UHGV virus genome: UHGV-1362809
Length of the DNA stretch: 64,000 nucleotides
Reading direction: 5' to 3' (one strand)
DNA from: a virus
Positions within the stretch are counted from its first letter, which is position 1. Each line of letters starts with the position of its first letter. The translations under genes were made by a program, and so were the position numbers. The notes beneath the pieces are model-generated. The model worked only from the letters and a program-made list of their open reading frames with translations. It made no database searches and was not told the DNA's origin. Shown here piece after piece: positions 1 through 9,684 of this stretch.

Positions 1-109
1 GTACTGGAGCAGGTTTCGATTTTGAAAGCGGAGGACGAGTTGAAGAAAGGTCGTACTATTCATTAATATATAAGCGGATATATACTTAGTACTCTGCATA
101 CTTTCAAAT

Positions 110-145
110 AGGAGTGTGACTTATGCTGCACTCCTATTTTTTTTG
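110..145 (+). terminator. Likely rho-independent terminator (hairpin aggagtg/cactcct plus T9 run) for a gene upstream of the window
   Basis: 7-bp inverted repeat 110-116/129-135 followed by atttttttt. Confidence 0.4.
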
Positions 146-174
146 TTGACAATGCCATTAAACTGTGTTATGTT
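146..174 (+). promoter_or_regulatory. Sigma70-like early promoter TTGACA-17nt-TATGTT
   Basis: Exact -35 hexamer at 146-151, 17-nt spacer, TATGTT at 169-174, about 35 nt upstream of first gene. Confidence 0.4.
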
Positions 175-208
175 TAAGTAAAATTACACGACCGAAAGGG
201 GTACTAAA

Positions 209-1411
209 ATGGCTACGAATTTGAATGTTAATCAATGCACCTATGATGAAGCTCTTCAACTTGTTAATCATTGTATTGATTTAAAACTGGCGGTGTTGGT
301 TCACGGTGCGCCCGGACTGGGTAAATCGACTATCCCCCGTGATATTGTTAAACAACGCAACGAGGACTTAGTTAAGTCTATTATCAAAGTTCGCAAAACT
401 AAGGGGAAGTCTATTAAGGGCATCGAACAGTCTCCTCGGTACATTAGAGAGCACTGGGAAGTTATGGATATTCGTTTGGGGCAATACCCCGTCGAAGACG
501 TTGCGGGTTTACCTGTGCCTATTGAAGTCGAAAAGGATGGAGTAAAATCCTACACTACTTTGAGATCACTACCCGACTTTTTACCCAGACAAGGTAATGG
601 TATTTTGTTATTGGACGAAATTAACCAAGCTAATGCCATCGTTTTGGGTGCAGTGTTTCAACTTATCTTAGACCGTAAGATGACCAATGGTTATGACTTG
701 CCCGATGGGTGGTCGATTGTTGCGGCTTGCAACGATGTGGAATATAACAGTGACGTGACAGAGTTCAATAGCCCTATCAATGACCGTTTCGTACACCTTT
801 CTCTCAAACCCGACAAAAAACAGTGGTTGGAATGGGCGAGGAACAACGATATTCACGCCAATGTGATTGACTTTGTTTCACAGGCGTCTTCGGAAGACCT
901 GTGTGGCGAACAGCACATGAATGACGACATCGTGTTTGCTACACCTCGAAGCTGGGCACGAGTTAGTGAGTTTGAAAAGCTTTTTGACGAAGGCAAGCTT
1001 TCAGTCGGTTTGTTGACCACTGCCTTAACAGGTATCGTTGGTACTTCTATCGCCACTCGTTATATGATGTTTAACAGCGGTAGACGTGACGGTAAGGTGT
1101 CGCTTTCGGTGTACAAGAAACTGTTGCTTACACCTAAAAATTCCGATATTGAAACATCAGTAGAACCTCGCAAATGTTTGGAATATATGGTTATGGCATT
1201 TCGTAAGTACACGGTTACCGATGAACAGGACGAGTTGGCAGTATACAACTTGACCCGTTGGGCATATAACAAATGTGGTATGCTGATGGAGGAATTGGAA
1301 AATATGTGGAGTCGTTTGTACACCGTTGAAGAAGACGGGTTTGTGAGTGATTCCGCATATATTAAGCAAAACTACCCCGATGCATGGGCGGTTGTAGCTC
1401 CCTTATTTTAA
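209..1411 (+). CDS. MoxR-like AAA+ ATPase (AAA_5/MoxR family)
   Basis: Walker A VLVHGAPGLGKST near N-terminus, Walker B ILLLDEINQA, 400 aa; paired with downstream VWA protein. Confidence 0.75.
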   Translation: MATNLNVNQCTYDEALQLVNHCIDLKLAVLVHGAPGLGKSTIPRDIVKQRNEDLVKSIIKVRKTKGKSIKGIEQSPRYIREHWEVMDIRLGQYPVEDVAGLPVPIEVEKDGVKSYTTLRSLPDFLPRQGNGILLLDEINQANAIVLGAVFQLILDRKMTNGYDLPDGWSIVAACNDVEYNSDVTEFNSPINDRFVHLSLKPDKKQWLEWARNNDIHANVIDFVSQASSEDLCGEQHMNDDIVFATPRSWARVSEFEKLFDEGKLSVGLLTTALTGIVGTSIATRYMMFNSGRRDGKVSLSVYKKLLLTPKNSDIETSVEPRKCLEYMVMAFRKYTVTDEQDELAVYNLTRWAYNKCGMLMEELENMWSRLYTVEEDGFVSDSAYIKQNYPDAWAVVAPLF

Positions 1412-1453
1412 GGTTGACTTTTACCTTGGACGTGGTATAATAGGTATATACAG

Positions 1454-3202
1454 TTGAAAATGACTGGTAATGATTGCGAGGTAGCTATGTATAAAGAACC
1501 TGTGATGGAATTGTTGAAAGATTGTTGTCGAAAAGACTTGAGTAGCTTACTCGGTTTTTTACGGGAACGTGTTGTAGACCAGCCCTTTTATGCGTGCGTG
1601 ACGAACGACAACGAGCTGGTACTGGGTAAACGGTTTTTTACTCTCAATCAAAAACAACGTACTTTTGCTATTTTACATGAGCTGTTGCATATTAGCTATG
1701 GACATTTCAAGTTTTACAAAGCGGGTGTAAATCACAAAGTTATGAATATAGCTAATGATGCTGTTATCAATGAAGCTATTTTGCTCGGTAAGATAGTACC
1801 TGTGGAATATGTGCAGGCGGTTGACGGTATTCCTTTGTTAAAGAATACGGTGTACCGAAATAAGGACAATTTGGTTGCCTTTTGTAAGAGCTATTATGGT
1901 AATTTAAGACAGGGAGACCTTACAGACGGGTGGTTTAAACGGTATCTTACTTCCTCTATTGTGTACAAGGTATTGATGGAATCCCCTGTACCAGAGGTTC
2001 CTAAGGTTAGTCCTCGTAAATCTAACAGCCAAAACAGTCAGGATACAAATCAAAATACTGGTTCTGACGATAACAATGTTAAACAGGAGAATAATGATGA
2101 ATACAAAGACGAACACAAAGCAAACGGCAAAGAAGATGATGCTGAAAATACAGGGGATGAAGAATCCACAGGGGAAAGTGGAGGTTCGGATTACAGCCCC
2201 GACCGAGATTATGACGAAACCGAGTGTGATGGACAAGATAGCCAAGATAGCCGAGATAGTGAAGCAGATATAGACCTCGATGATGAGTCAGACCAAGATG
2301 ACGAAACACAGTCTGATGATGGGTCAGATTCTGATGACGAGTTAGACCAAGACGATGAAGCACAATCGAACAACGAATCTCAAAATAGTGACACGCAGGG
2401 GGAACAACCAGACCCCCTGCAATATGAACCTGTAGCTTTTGACCTTGAGAGCTTGGGTCAAGAATACCAAGACGATTTTGACGGTGCGTCTAACCCGTTT
2501 GAAGTGTACAAAAACTGTGACGGACAGTTTGACAACAGCAATCAGATTTGTGGTGGTTTGAGTTCCGACGAAGCCTATGAAAACGGTTATAATGCGTATC
2601 TTGTTAAAGAGGCATTATCAAGAAATATCGACTGGAAATCGGTTGTAAAGACGTGTATTGCACAGTCAAAAAAGACTATAAAGCAATATGGTTTTAGTGT
2701 TCCTAATCGTCGGAACTACAAACTGCAGCAGGTTACCCAGTCTAAGGTACAGCTCCCCAATCAATGTAGCACTCAACCCGTTCCTACGGTGCATATTTAT
2801 GTGGATACCTCGACAAGTGTGTCTGACTACAGTTTGGCGTGTATGATATATGAGATTAAGGATATCTACAAATTTAGCGGGAACATTGATTTGACTGTAC
2901 GGTTCTTTACTGAATATGTGTACGGGGAAATGAATACCAAAGCCAAAACCTTCAACTATCGTAATATGCCTAAATTGAGGCGTGGTGGAACCAGTTTTAA
3001 CGCTATTTATGCGCAGTACTACAGTCCTAATGGAGAAGTACACCATAAAATTCCCGATGTTTGTGTGGTAATTACGGACGGTTATTGTTGGATTGATAAC
3101 CAATTCTTACCCCTTCCCCTTGGACGTAAGACTGTATGGGTAACTGATAGAACGATGCGTATGCCCAACCCCAAATGTATCAACGTAGTAAGACCTTTTT
3201 AA
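1454..3202 (+). CDS. VWA-domain protein with N-terminal putative HExxH metallopeptidase domain and acidic low-complexity linker (DUF2201-like MoxR partner)
   Basis: ILHELLHISYGH motif; long D/E/S/Q-rich linker; C-terminal MIDAS-like DxSxS (VDTSTSVSD); directly downstream of MoxR ATPase. Confidence 0.65.
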   Translation: MKMTGNDCEVAMYKEPVMELLKDCCRKDLSSLLGFLRERVVDQPFYACVTNDNELVLGKRFFTLNQKQRTFAILHELLHISYGHFKFYKAGVNHKVMNIANDAVINEAILLGKIVPVEYVQAVDGIPLLKNTVYRNKDNLVAFCKSYYGNLRQGDLTDGWFKRYLTSSIVYKVLMESPVPEVPKVSPRKSNSQNSQDTNQNTGSDDNNVKQENNDEYKDEHKANGKEDDAENTGDEESTGESGGSDYSPDRDYDETECDGQDSQDSRDSEADIDLDDESDQDDETQSDDGSDSDDELDQDDEAQSNNESQNSDTQGEQPDPLQYEPVAFDLESLGQEYQDDFDGASNPFEVYKNCDGQFDNSNQICGGLSSDEAYENGYNAYLVKEALSRNIDWKSVVKTCIAQSKKTIKQYGFSVPNRRNYKLQQVTQSKVQLPNQCSTQPVPTVHIYVDTSTSVSDYSLACMIYEIKDIYKFSGNIDLTVRFFTEYVYGEMNTKAKTFNYRNMPKLRRGGTSFNAIYAQYYSPNGEVHHKIPDVCVVITDGYCWIDNQFLPLPLGRKTVWVTDRTMRMPNPKCINVVRPF

Positions 3203-3213
3203 GGAGACGAAGA

Positions 3214-3918
3214 ATGTATTGTATTGTTAATGCTCAAACCCCGATTTCAACGTGGGAAAACTTGGACGACGCCTTACTCAACATTATTGCCTTATCAAAG
3301 TTTACACAACCAGAGCAGTTTGACGATAGCTCTTGGAGTATTGTGGACAACTATTTTGCAGGGTGCAACTTGGACGAACTACCCAGAGTAACAATTTCTT
3401 CACAGGTAAAATGTTGTTCCCATTGTGGTCTTCTTTATCCTCTTAGTTGGTTTGTTGGGGCGCGTAAATCCCATCGTGTTACAAAGGAATGTAAAGCCTG
3501 TAGGCAAGACCGTGCTGTCAGACATGGTGGGTTTGCCAAATCAAAACCGCAAGGATGGAAACCATTTAGGATGATGACCATCGAGGAAAAACGACAGTAT
3601 TTTAAGGACAGAGGTTTTACTACCAAACGTCCTGGCAGGGATACGCCCAAAGTAGTGCAAATTAAAGAACCTTCTGCTATTGAAAAGCGATACATGGAAA
3701 ATGGTGTAAATATGTTTAGGTGGTCGCTGTGGTACTACGACCTAACTTCTACACCTGTTGTTGATAAGATGATATGGGATTTGGAGTGTCCGTCCAAGGT
3801 ACAGTGTAAACACGAAGGAGTAGTGGCTGATAAAGGGTGGCGTTTTATTGTGTATGCGACATCAAAGGAAAAGGCTATAGAAAAGGTGCAACAGTACATT
3901 TCTAAAATGGCTGCCTAA
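3214..3918 (+). CDS. Hypothetical protein, Cys-rich (CCSHCG...CKAC zinc-ribbon-like)
   Basis: ORF with strong RBS aaggag 7 nt upstream of ATG 3214 (the ORF track's 3175 start lacks an RBS). Confidence 0.5.
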   Translation: MYCIVNAQTPISTWENLDDALLNIIALSKFTQPEQFDDSSWSIVDNYFAGCNLDELPRVTISSQVKCCSHCGLLYPLSWFVGARKSHRVTKECKACRQDRAVRHGGFAKSKPQGWKPFRMMTIEEKRQYFKDRGFTTKRPGRDTPKVVQIKEPSAIEKRYMENGVNMFRWSLWYYDLTSTPVVDKMIWDLECPSKVQCKHEGVVADKGWRFIVYATSKEKAIEKVQQYISKMAA

Positions 3919-3941
3919 TTACCTATTGCAAGGAGAATGAT

Positions 3942-4292
3942 ATGAATTTAGATAAACCTCTTAATACCGTGATGGGTGTGCAAGTTCCCCGTGAACAACG
4001 GTACAAGAGATTGACAGACCCAAAGTCATTATTTACGCAACCTGCTGATATTCCATTTTCGTTTTATGACGGGGCTAATTGTATTGGTAGAAATGCGTAT
4101 GATGATAGTTGTCAGAACCACGTTCCTTCTATCAAAAATTTCTTAGACTATTTGTATGAATGTAAGCCTATAGGGTTTAAGGAATTTGAAAAAGACCATA
4201 TTTGGACTTACATAGATGTTGCTTTTGATTTTGGGGAGATTGTGGATGAGTACCTCAGATCTGTTAAAGGCACGGTCAAAAAACCAGTTTAA
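3942..4292 (+). CDS. Hypothetical protein
   Basis: 116-aa ORF, RBS aaggag upstream. Confidence 0.5.
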   Translation: MNLDKPLNTVMGVQVPREQRYKRLTDPKSLFTQPADIPFSFYDGANCIGRNAYDDSCQNHVPSIKNFLDYLYECKPIGFKEFEKDHIWTYIDVAFDFGEIVDEYLRSVKGTVKKPV

Positions 4293-4296
4293 CTGG

Positions 4297-4875
4297 ATGT
4301 GCAGAAAAATACCGAGACCTACTGATGAACAATACGAGGAATGGGTCAGGACTAAGGACTACGACGCTATTGTGTACCATAGTATACCTCTAATAGCTTA
4401 TATTTTGAGAATACACCTTGGTACATACGACGATTATTTAGACATTGTGCAGTCCTGTATAGTGCGTATACTAGAAGTATTGCCCAAATTTGATCTTCAA
4501 AAAGGGTGTAAATTGACTTCCTGGTTGTTTGTGATAATCAAGCATTTTGTGTACAACTATACTCGCTCTGCCGCATACCACGTATCTTTGAATAGTTTGA
4601 TAGGGGATAGCGACGATTGTGTGCAGGATTTTTTGATTGACTCATCTCCAACGCCGCACGAAACTGTACAACGCAGGAGTGATTCTCAACATTTTTATGC
4701 CAAGGTTTGCAGAATTCTTAAACCGTGCAACGAAAGAGACAGAAAAATGATGTTGGAGTACATATTTTCTGACCAGTCGATTACTCAAGCGGATATAGCT
4801 CGTAAGTATGGAGTGTCAAGACAGTACTTTTCACAGGTGTTTTTCAAGAGATTTAGCAATTACAAGAGAGGTTAA
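4297..4875 (+). CDS. Phage-encoded RNA polymerase sigma factor (sigma-70/ECF-like: region 2 and region 4 HTH)
   Basis: Region 2.x-like FDLQKGCKLTSWLFVIIKHFVYNY and C-terminal HTH SITQADIARKYGVSRQYFSQV; start placed at first ATG after the upstream stop (ORF track start 4216 overlaps the upstream gene). Confidence 0.6.
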   Translation: MCRKIPRPTDEQYEEWVRTKDYDAIVYHSIPLIAYILRIHLGTYDDYLDIVQSCIVRILEVLPKFDLQKGCKLTSWLFVIIKHFVYNYTRSAAYHVSLNSLIGDSDDCVQDFLIDSSPTPHETVQRRSDSQHFYAKVCRILKPCNERDRKMMLEYIFSDQSITQADIARKYGVSRQYFSQVFFKRFSNYKRG

Positions 4876-4876
4876 G

Positions 4877-5299
4877 ATGATTTGGTATGTGATTATACCT
4901 TGTATGGCGTTGTTTGGGTTCGGTTTTATGAAACTGTTAGACGTGTGCTACTCTAAGAGTTTAGCTCTTTTAGATAGACATAGTATAAAATATGACAGTA
5001 GAGGGGTACCATTGAACCTCGACTTGCCGGAACAAATCGTACAACACCTGTTAGACTTACAAAAACAGGGTTTGGAAATTAGTTGGGATCAGTGGTGGTG
5101 TTATAGAGATGAATACTGGGCTAATGGTGCCTTATGGTTTCCCTCGCTTCCCAACGTTAAATCCACTATCAAACTAAACGAAGACGGTAGTGGGTTTACT
5201 GACCTAAAAAATAGACCGATAAAAGTGTTTTCTGACCATGGATATTGGTACTATTTTGACTTAGATACAGGAAAAAAGACGTACTGTATTTTTGGATAA
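4877..5299 (+). CDS. Hypothetical membrane-anchored protein
   Basis: RBS agagg upstream of ATG 4877; hydrophobic N-terminus IWYVIIPCMALFGFGF. Confidence 0.45.
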   Translation: MIWYVIIPCMALFGFGFMKLLDVCYSKSLALLDRHSIKYDSRGVPLNLDLPEQIVQHLLDLQKQGLEISWDQWWCYRDEYWANGALWFPSLPNVKSTIKLNEDGSGFTDLKNRPIKVFSDHGYWYYFDLDTGKKTYCIFG

Positions 5300-5369
5300 C
5301 AGTGTACAGGCAATACTGTAAATAAACATGGGTGGAATGCACCTAACTTTTGATAAATGGAGAACTGAT

Positions 5370-6164
5370 ATGAAATTGGTAGAATGTTTCAACACGAATT
5401 TTGAACCTCGTTTGTGGCAGGTAGATGAGTTTAGTAAATATAGACCCGCTTTGCAAACGGAGCGAGACCTTGGTAGAGTGTTGAGTGATAAACGTGCGAA
5501 GTATAAATATAAGCTGGAAAAGGCTAATTTGTGTAGTGACGAAGATGCAAAGTCCAAAATTATGCACAGCGCCAATGATATGCGCAAGGTAATTTTTAAG
5601 CTTAATAAGGCTAAGGAAGAAGCCACCAAAGAAGTATATGCCGACCCTATGGTAAGACACTATATTCGTTGCCAGAGACTGTGCGACAAAGATACTGCTG
5701 GTAACATTGTCAGAATGATTTATTTCAACCTTGCAGGCTGTACTTTTGACGAAGCGATGTCGTATGTGAAACAGTCACAGGATCCCGTAAAATGCTGGAT
5801 GGAACTGGAAAACTACACAAAACAAACTTTGTGCCTGTGGTCAGCATTTTTCAACAATGTTTATTACACAGGTGAAGAAGCCGAAAAGGTAATTGACGAG
5901 GCTCACAAAGTAAAAGGCAGTTATCACCCCAAGGTTTTGTGCTGGTTTAGTGAGTGTTCTGATTCCACCCGTGACTTTTTGTTTGGCACTAATTTTGACC
6001 GTTTGTGCAGTGCTATTAAACAGAATAATTGGATGGGTAGAAACTCGAAATTGCAGTATGACGGTATGTCATTTGTAAACAATGTCACTATGGAAAAAAC
6101 AGGTAAAGAATACTCAAGCTTCGCTAAGTTGGTTGGTTATATTTATCAAGGGATTAAGCCATGA
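5370..6164 (+). CDS. Hypothetical protein
   Basis: ORF; GGAGA RBS 8 nt upstream of ATG 5370 (ORF track start 5328 lacks an RBS). Confidence 0.5.
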   Translation: MKLVECFNTNFEPRLWQVDEFSKYRPALQTERDLGRVLSDKRAKYKYKLEKANLCSDEDAKSKIMHSANDMRKVIFKLNKAKEEATKEVYADPMVRHYIRCQRLCDKDTAGNIVRMIYFNLAGCTFDEAMSYVKQSQDPVKCWMELENYTKQTLCLWSAFFNNVYYTGEEAEKVIDEAHKVKGSYHPKVLCWFSECSDSTRDFLFGTNFDRLCSAIKQNNWMGRNSKLQYDGMSFVNNVTMEKTGKEYSSFAKLVGYIYQGIKP

Positions 6165-6418
6165 AATACATTGTGTTGTTAGAGAATGATTACCCGCACG
6201 GGTATGGAGTAGTATGTCCTGACTTGCCTGGATGTGTTACTTGTGGTGACACTCAAAAGGAAGCGTTGAAAAATATGAAGGAAGCAATTACTTTGTATTT
6301 GTATGAAGAAACACCTCCTAAACCGAGTACTTTGGACGAAATTAAAACAAATTGGAACGATTGGGGCGATTGGAAAGCTCATCGTGACTTTACAGTAGAG
6401 GAAATTGACTATGAATGA
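6161..6418 (+). CDS. HicB-like (UPF0150) antitoxin-fold protein, orphan
   Basis: Characteristic N-terminal YxVVxPDLPGCVTxGDTxxEALxNxKEAI signature of HicB/UPF0150; 85 aa; ATGA start overlap with upstream gene. Confidence 0.65.
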   Translation: MKYIVLLENDYPHGYGVVCPDLPGCVTCGDTQKEALKNMKEAITLYLYEETPPKPSTLDEIKTNWNDWGDWKAHRDFTVEEIDYE

Positions 6419-7265
6419 AAAAGAATACATTTTGGTAGATCCTATTGAACTGTTGCCTAAACAAAGTGTTGCACGTTTTGACTTGTGGTCAGACCATATT
6501 GAAGACGATTTTAGGGAACATTTAAGTTATTTGTATCCCGACTCCGAGTTTAAACTGTTTAGAACACGATGTTTTTGCTTTTCCAAACCTATTGGCACGC
6601 CTACTGGCGTGTTTACTTTGACCAGTCATAGCGGTTGGTTGTGCATGGCGCAAGTATCTACCTCCTTGGCTCCTGCACTGCTGTTGACGAACGCACCCTT
6701 CGTAAAATTTAATGCTCGTAATCCTCAGTTGAAATTTTCCTTTATTAAAGGCGAGACAGGGGTGACTTTCAAAGTTATTGACGAGGGTGAACGAATTGTT
6801 CTTTGCAGTGAAAACCTGTATGACGATGTGTTGCGCAAAGAGTTTGAGTCCATCCTCCCTCCCAACGTAAATACTTCTGGTATTTATGGTTTGCATCTTG
6901 AAACAGTATCAACTATTGTAGATTGGGCTATTTCTAACAACACTCACGGCGTATACAAAGTCGGGTTTGAAGGAGTGTGCGGCAAGTCAGTTACAGCGGC
7001 AACCATTTCGTACCAATGGGAAAAACAGGGTGTGACGTTTGGTTATACGTGCTGCGATAACTGGGCTACTGCTTCCATAATTAACAACCTAAACAAGACT
7101 TACGGGTGTCATCTTAAAACGGTGTTGACCAACAACATACACAATAAAGGAGACGTGCTGTTTGTGGAGCATTTCAACCCCAGTGACGAACTGCTTAAAA
7201 AGTTAAAGGCTAAGTGGAATATCATTATTATTCTCAATGACGATAATTACACAGTTCAGGAGTAA
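6405..7265 (+). CDS. Hypothetical protein
   Basis: 286-aa ORF overlapping upstream stop. Confidence 0.5.
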   Translation: MTMNEKEYILVDPIELLPKQSVARFDLWSDHIEDDFREHLSYLYPDSEFKLFRTRCFCFSKPIGTPTGVFTLTSHSGWLCMAQVSTSLAPALLLTNAPFVKFNARNPQLKFSFIKGETGVTFKVIDEGERIVLCSENLYDDVLRKEFESILPPNVNTSGIYGLHLETVSTIVDWAISNNTHGVYKVGFEGVCGKSVTAATISYQWEKQGVTFGYTCCDNWATASIINNLNKTYGCHLKTVLTNNIHNKGDVLFVEHFNPSDELLKKLKAKWNIIIILNDDNYTVQE

Positions 7266-7267
7266 AG

Positions 7268-7612
7268 ATGATTAAACAGGAATATCAGCTGTTAGATGCA
7301 GTGATTATGTTAAACGAGTACCTCCGTACCAGTAAACAGCAGGATAGAATTATTACCTTGGGGTATGGTTCTAATGCGGATTACTTGGGTGCAATCAAAG
7401 AGTTTGCGGATAATCATCCTGATAAAGTGTGTGGTTTCTTTGGTGACGATACTGACGCCGAAATTATGACAAAGAATCAAGCCAAGGTTGTTATCCTGGA
7501 TTCCTTGTCTCCAATCGAGGTGGACTATGTGTTTGTAACAGAGGGTTGTTTGTACAAACTTGATTGTATCGCTAAGGCAATTCCTTATTGTACCATTGTT
7601 GCACTGGGTTAA
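7268..7612 (+). CDS. Hypothetical protein
   Basis: 114-aa ORF. Confidence 0.5.
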   Translation: MIKQEYQLLDAVIMLNEYLRTSKQQDRIITLGYGSNADYLGAIKEFADNHPDKVCGFFGDDTDAEIMTKNQAKVVILDSLSPIEVDYVFVTEGCLYKLDCIAKAIPYCTIVALG

Positions 7613-7626
7613 TATATCTAAGCACA

Positions 7627-7664
7627 CGGGCGTATCCTAAATACAGGGGTACGCCCGATTTTGT
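7627..7664 (+). terminator. Putative rho-independent terminator
   Basis: cgggcgta/tacgcccg 8-bp stem (7627-7634/7650-7657) followed by attttgtgtgt. Confidence 0.4.
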
Positions 7665-7700
7665 GTGTATCGGTGGAATTTATTACATATTTGAGGACTT

Positions 7701-7829
7701 ATGAAAAGAGAAGATGTGATTGTGTATGTGTTTTTGTTGTTGACTTGCTCTTTTATATTTGGTATAATTGGTTATCAAATGGGTAAATATGACACCATTG
7801 AACGGTGTGGATGTGAGCATAGGACGTAG
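7701..7829 (+). CDS. Possible small membrane protein (42 aa)
   Basis: Short ORF with hydrophobic core VIVYVFLLLTCSFIFGIIGY; weak GAGGA RBS; below ORF-track size cutoff. Confidence 0.25.
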   Translation: MKREDVIVYVFLLLTCSFIFGIIGYQMGKYDTIERCGCEHRT

Positions 7830-7832
7830 GAA

Positions 7833-8390
7833 ATGACTGATTTTAATGATACCCTTAAAAAGATGGGTTTTATATCTAACAAGTGGTATGTGGGGATACC
7901 TATTCCTGGACATTATGATATATATGTAGAATATAAACAAAAGATGTACGACGATAGTCTTAATAATGGTGACTTTGAGAGGTGCATAAGTATTGTAGAG
8001 CGTCCTTACCGATTTCAAGAGTTCGTGGATTTGATGTGGAAAATGACTCCTAAACAGCGGTTTGAATGTCTTAGGTATGTTTGGACTGATTGTGAAGAAC
8101 CATACATCAATATAGACGTGTGGAAAATCGTGTTTGAGGATGACTCCATACAGTCTTACTTACAGGATACCCTTACGGATCTACCAGACGAAGTAGTTAT
8201 ATACCGTGGTATTTCTTATAAAGGTGCGACTTTAGACACAGGTATAAGCTGGATACTATCTAAAAGGGTAGCTAAAAAGTTTGCATTTAGATGGGGAGAC
8301 AAGGGTAAAGTGATATCCAAAAAGGTGCATAAATCGGATTTAAAGGCATATTTTAATGACCGTAACGAGCAGGAGGTAATATACTGGTGA
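7833..8390 (+). CDS. Hypothetical protein
   Basis: 185-aa ORF. Confidence 0.5.
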   Translation: MTDFNDTLKKMGFISNKWYVGIPIPGHYDIYVEYKQKMYDDSLNNGDFERCISIVERPYRFQEFVDLMWKMTPKQRFECLRYVWTDCEEPYINIDVWKIVFEDDSIQSYLQDTLTDLPDEVVIYRGISYKGATLDTGISWILSKRVAKKFAFRWGDKGKVISKKVHKSDLKAYFNDRNEQEVIYW

Positions 8391-9475
8391 AATACTTTGA
8401 ATTTTTGGTAATTGGCGACGTGCATCTGGAGGCTCATTCTCGTTATTCTTTATTAGAGGACTGGGTTACCCCTGTGTCACGGGTAATGACTCAAGTTAAG
8501 GACTATGCTAAAAGAGAAGGCATCAAAACAATAATTCAGCTTGGTGACGTGTTTAATTCACCCTACCCGCTTAAAACTACCCAAATTGCGTGGTTAAAGA
8601 TGTTAGACCCAGATTTTGATTGGCATATTATTATGGGAAATCACGACTATGTGTACGAAGAAGCTGATGGTAATCAAGAACTGGGTGAATCCAACGCCTA
8701 TACACTGCTGGAATACTTTGAACAAATGGGGGCTTTACCGCATATTCATTACTATCTTAAACCCACATACAAAAAACTGGGTGGCATTCCGTTCAATTTC
8801 TTACCCTTTCCTTATACGCAACCTAAGGCTAAGTTCAGAGATGAAAACACAGGAAAATCGTCTATCAAGATTGGTCACTACGAGGTAGGTGGGTACAAGA
8901 TGGACAACGGGTTTGACATCAAATCGACGAACAAAGCAGATAGGTTGACAATACTCGGTCATATCCATACTCCTCAGTTTCCTTTGTATCCTGGGAGTTT
9001 GATTCAGTGTAATTTTGGGGAATCCCCTAAAAAGCAGTTTTGGCACTGCACTGCGGTTCTTAAGAAGGGTCATTTAAGGGTTGAAAAAAAGGTTGTTCCT
9101 ATTGTGCTTCCTTTTCAGCTGGTAAATGTTCAAGTCAATAATGACGAGGACTTGAAGCAGTTAGATAACTATAAGGACGATACAACGCACAAATATCTGT
9201 TGAAGTTAATTGTCAATAAAGACGTTGTTCTACCTGCCGACCTAAAAATACGGTACAACAATATAGAGTCTATTGTTGGGTGTAATTCAAAACAACAGGC
9301 TCTAGCGTTAGAAAAAGGAGTACTTATAGACAATGAAGTAAATTCTAACCTGCTAGATGAGAAAAAACTACTCAAAAAATATCTCAAAAACTCAGGTCTT
9401 AGTAAAGAGGACATAAAAACCTCTATAAAAATAATCAATTCAATCAAACCATTTAGCACAGGAGAAGCAAAATGA
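8387..9475 (+). CDS. Calcineurin-like metallophosphoesterase, Mre11/SbcD-like nuclease subunit (T4 gp47-like)
   Basis: Motifs IGDVHLE, LGDVFN, IMGNHDY, LGHIHTP in the order typical of Mre11/SbcD phosphoesterases. Confidence 0.55.
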   Translation: MKYFEFLVIGDVHLEAHSRYSLLEDWVTPVSRVMTQVKDYAKREGIKTIIQLGDVFNSPYPLKTTQIAWLKMLDPDFDWHIIMGNHDYVYEEADGNQELGESNAYTLLEYFEQMGALPHIHYYLKPTYKKLGGIPFNFLPFPYTQPKAKFRDENTGKSSIKIGHYEVGGYKMDNGFDIKSTNKADRLTILGHIHTPQFPLYPGSLIQCNFGESPKKQFWHCTAVLKKGHLRVEKKVVPIVLPFQLVNVQVNNDEDLKQLDNYKDDTTHKYLLKLIVNKDVVLPADLKIRYNNIESIVGCNSKQQALALEKGVLIDNEVNSNLLDEKKLLKKYLKNSGLSKEDIKTSIKIINSIKPFSTGEAK

Positions 9476-9681
9476 AGCTAAAAATTGGTACTTATGTTAG
9501 AATACAGGATAAAGTGTACAGAGTACACACTACGTTTGATTGGGAATGTTATCCTACAGGTTGGTTGGAACACTATGAATATGTAGTAGATTTAAGTAAG
9601 GAGGAACGGTTTAACGAGTGGATTAAGTACCTTGTGTCTAATAACTATCTATGCCCGTTAGACATTGTTGACCTAAAATAA
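9472..9681 (+). CDS. Hypothetical protein
   Basis: 69-aa ORF, ATGA overlap with upstream. Confidence 0.45.
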   Translation: MKLKIGTYVRIQDKVYRVHTTFDWECYPTGWLEHYEYVVDLSKEERFNEWIKYLVSNNYLCPLDIVDLK

Positions 9682-9684
9682 TGG

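Noticed and set aside
2076-2273. Overlapping + strand ORFs nested in other frames of real genes (2076-2273, 8616-8888, 15632-15844, 23679-23882, 48248-48463, 51545-51736, 58617-58829)
   Set aside because: They are fully contained within longer genes that have motif support and lack RBSs. 2076-2273 lies in the low-complexity acidic region, where alternate frames stay open by chance.
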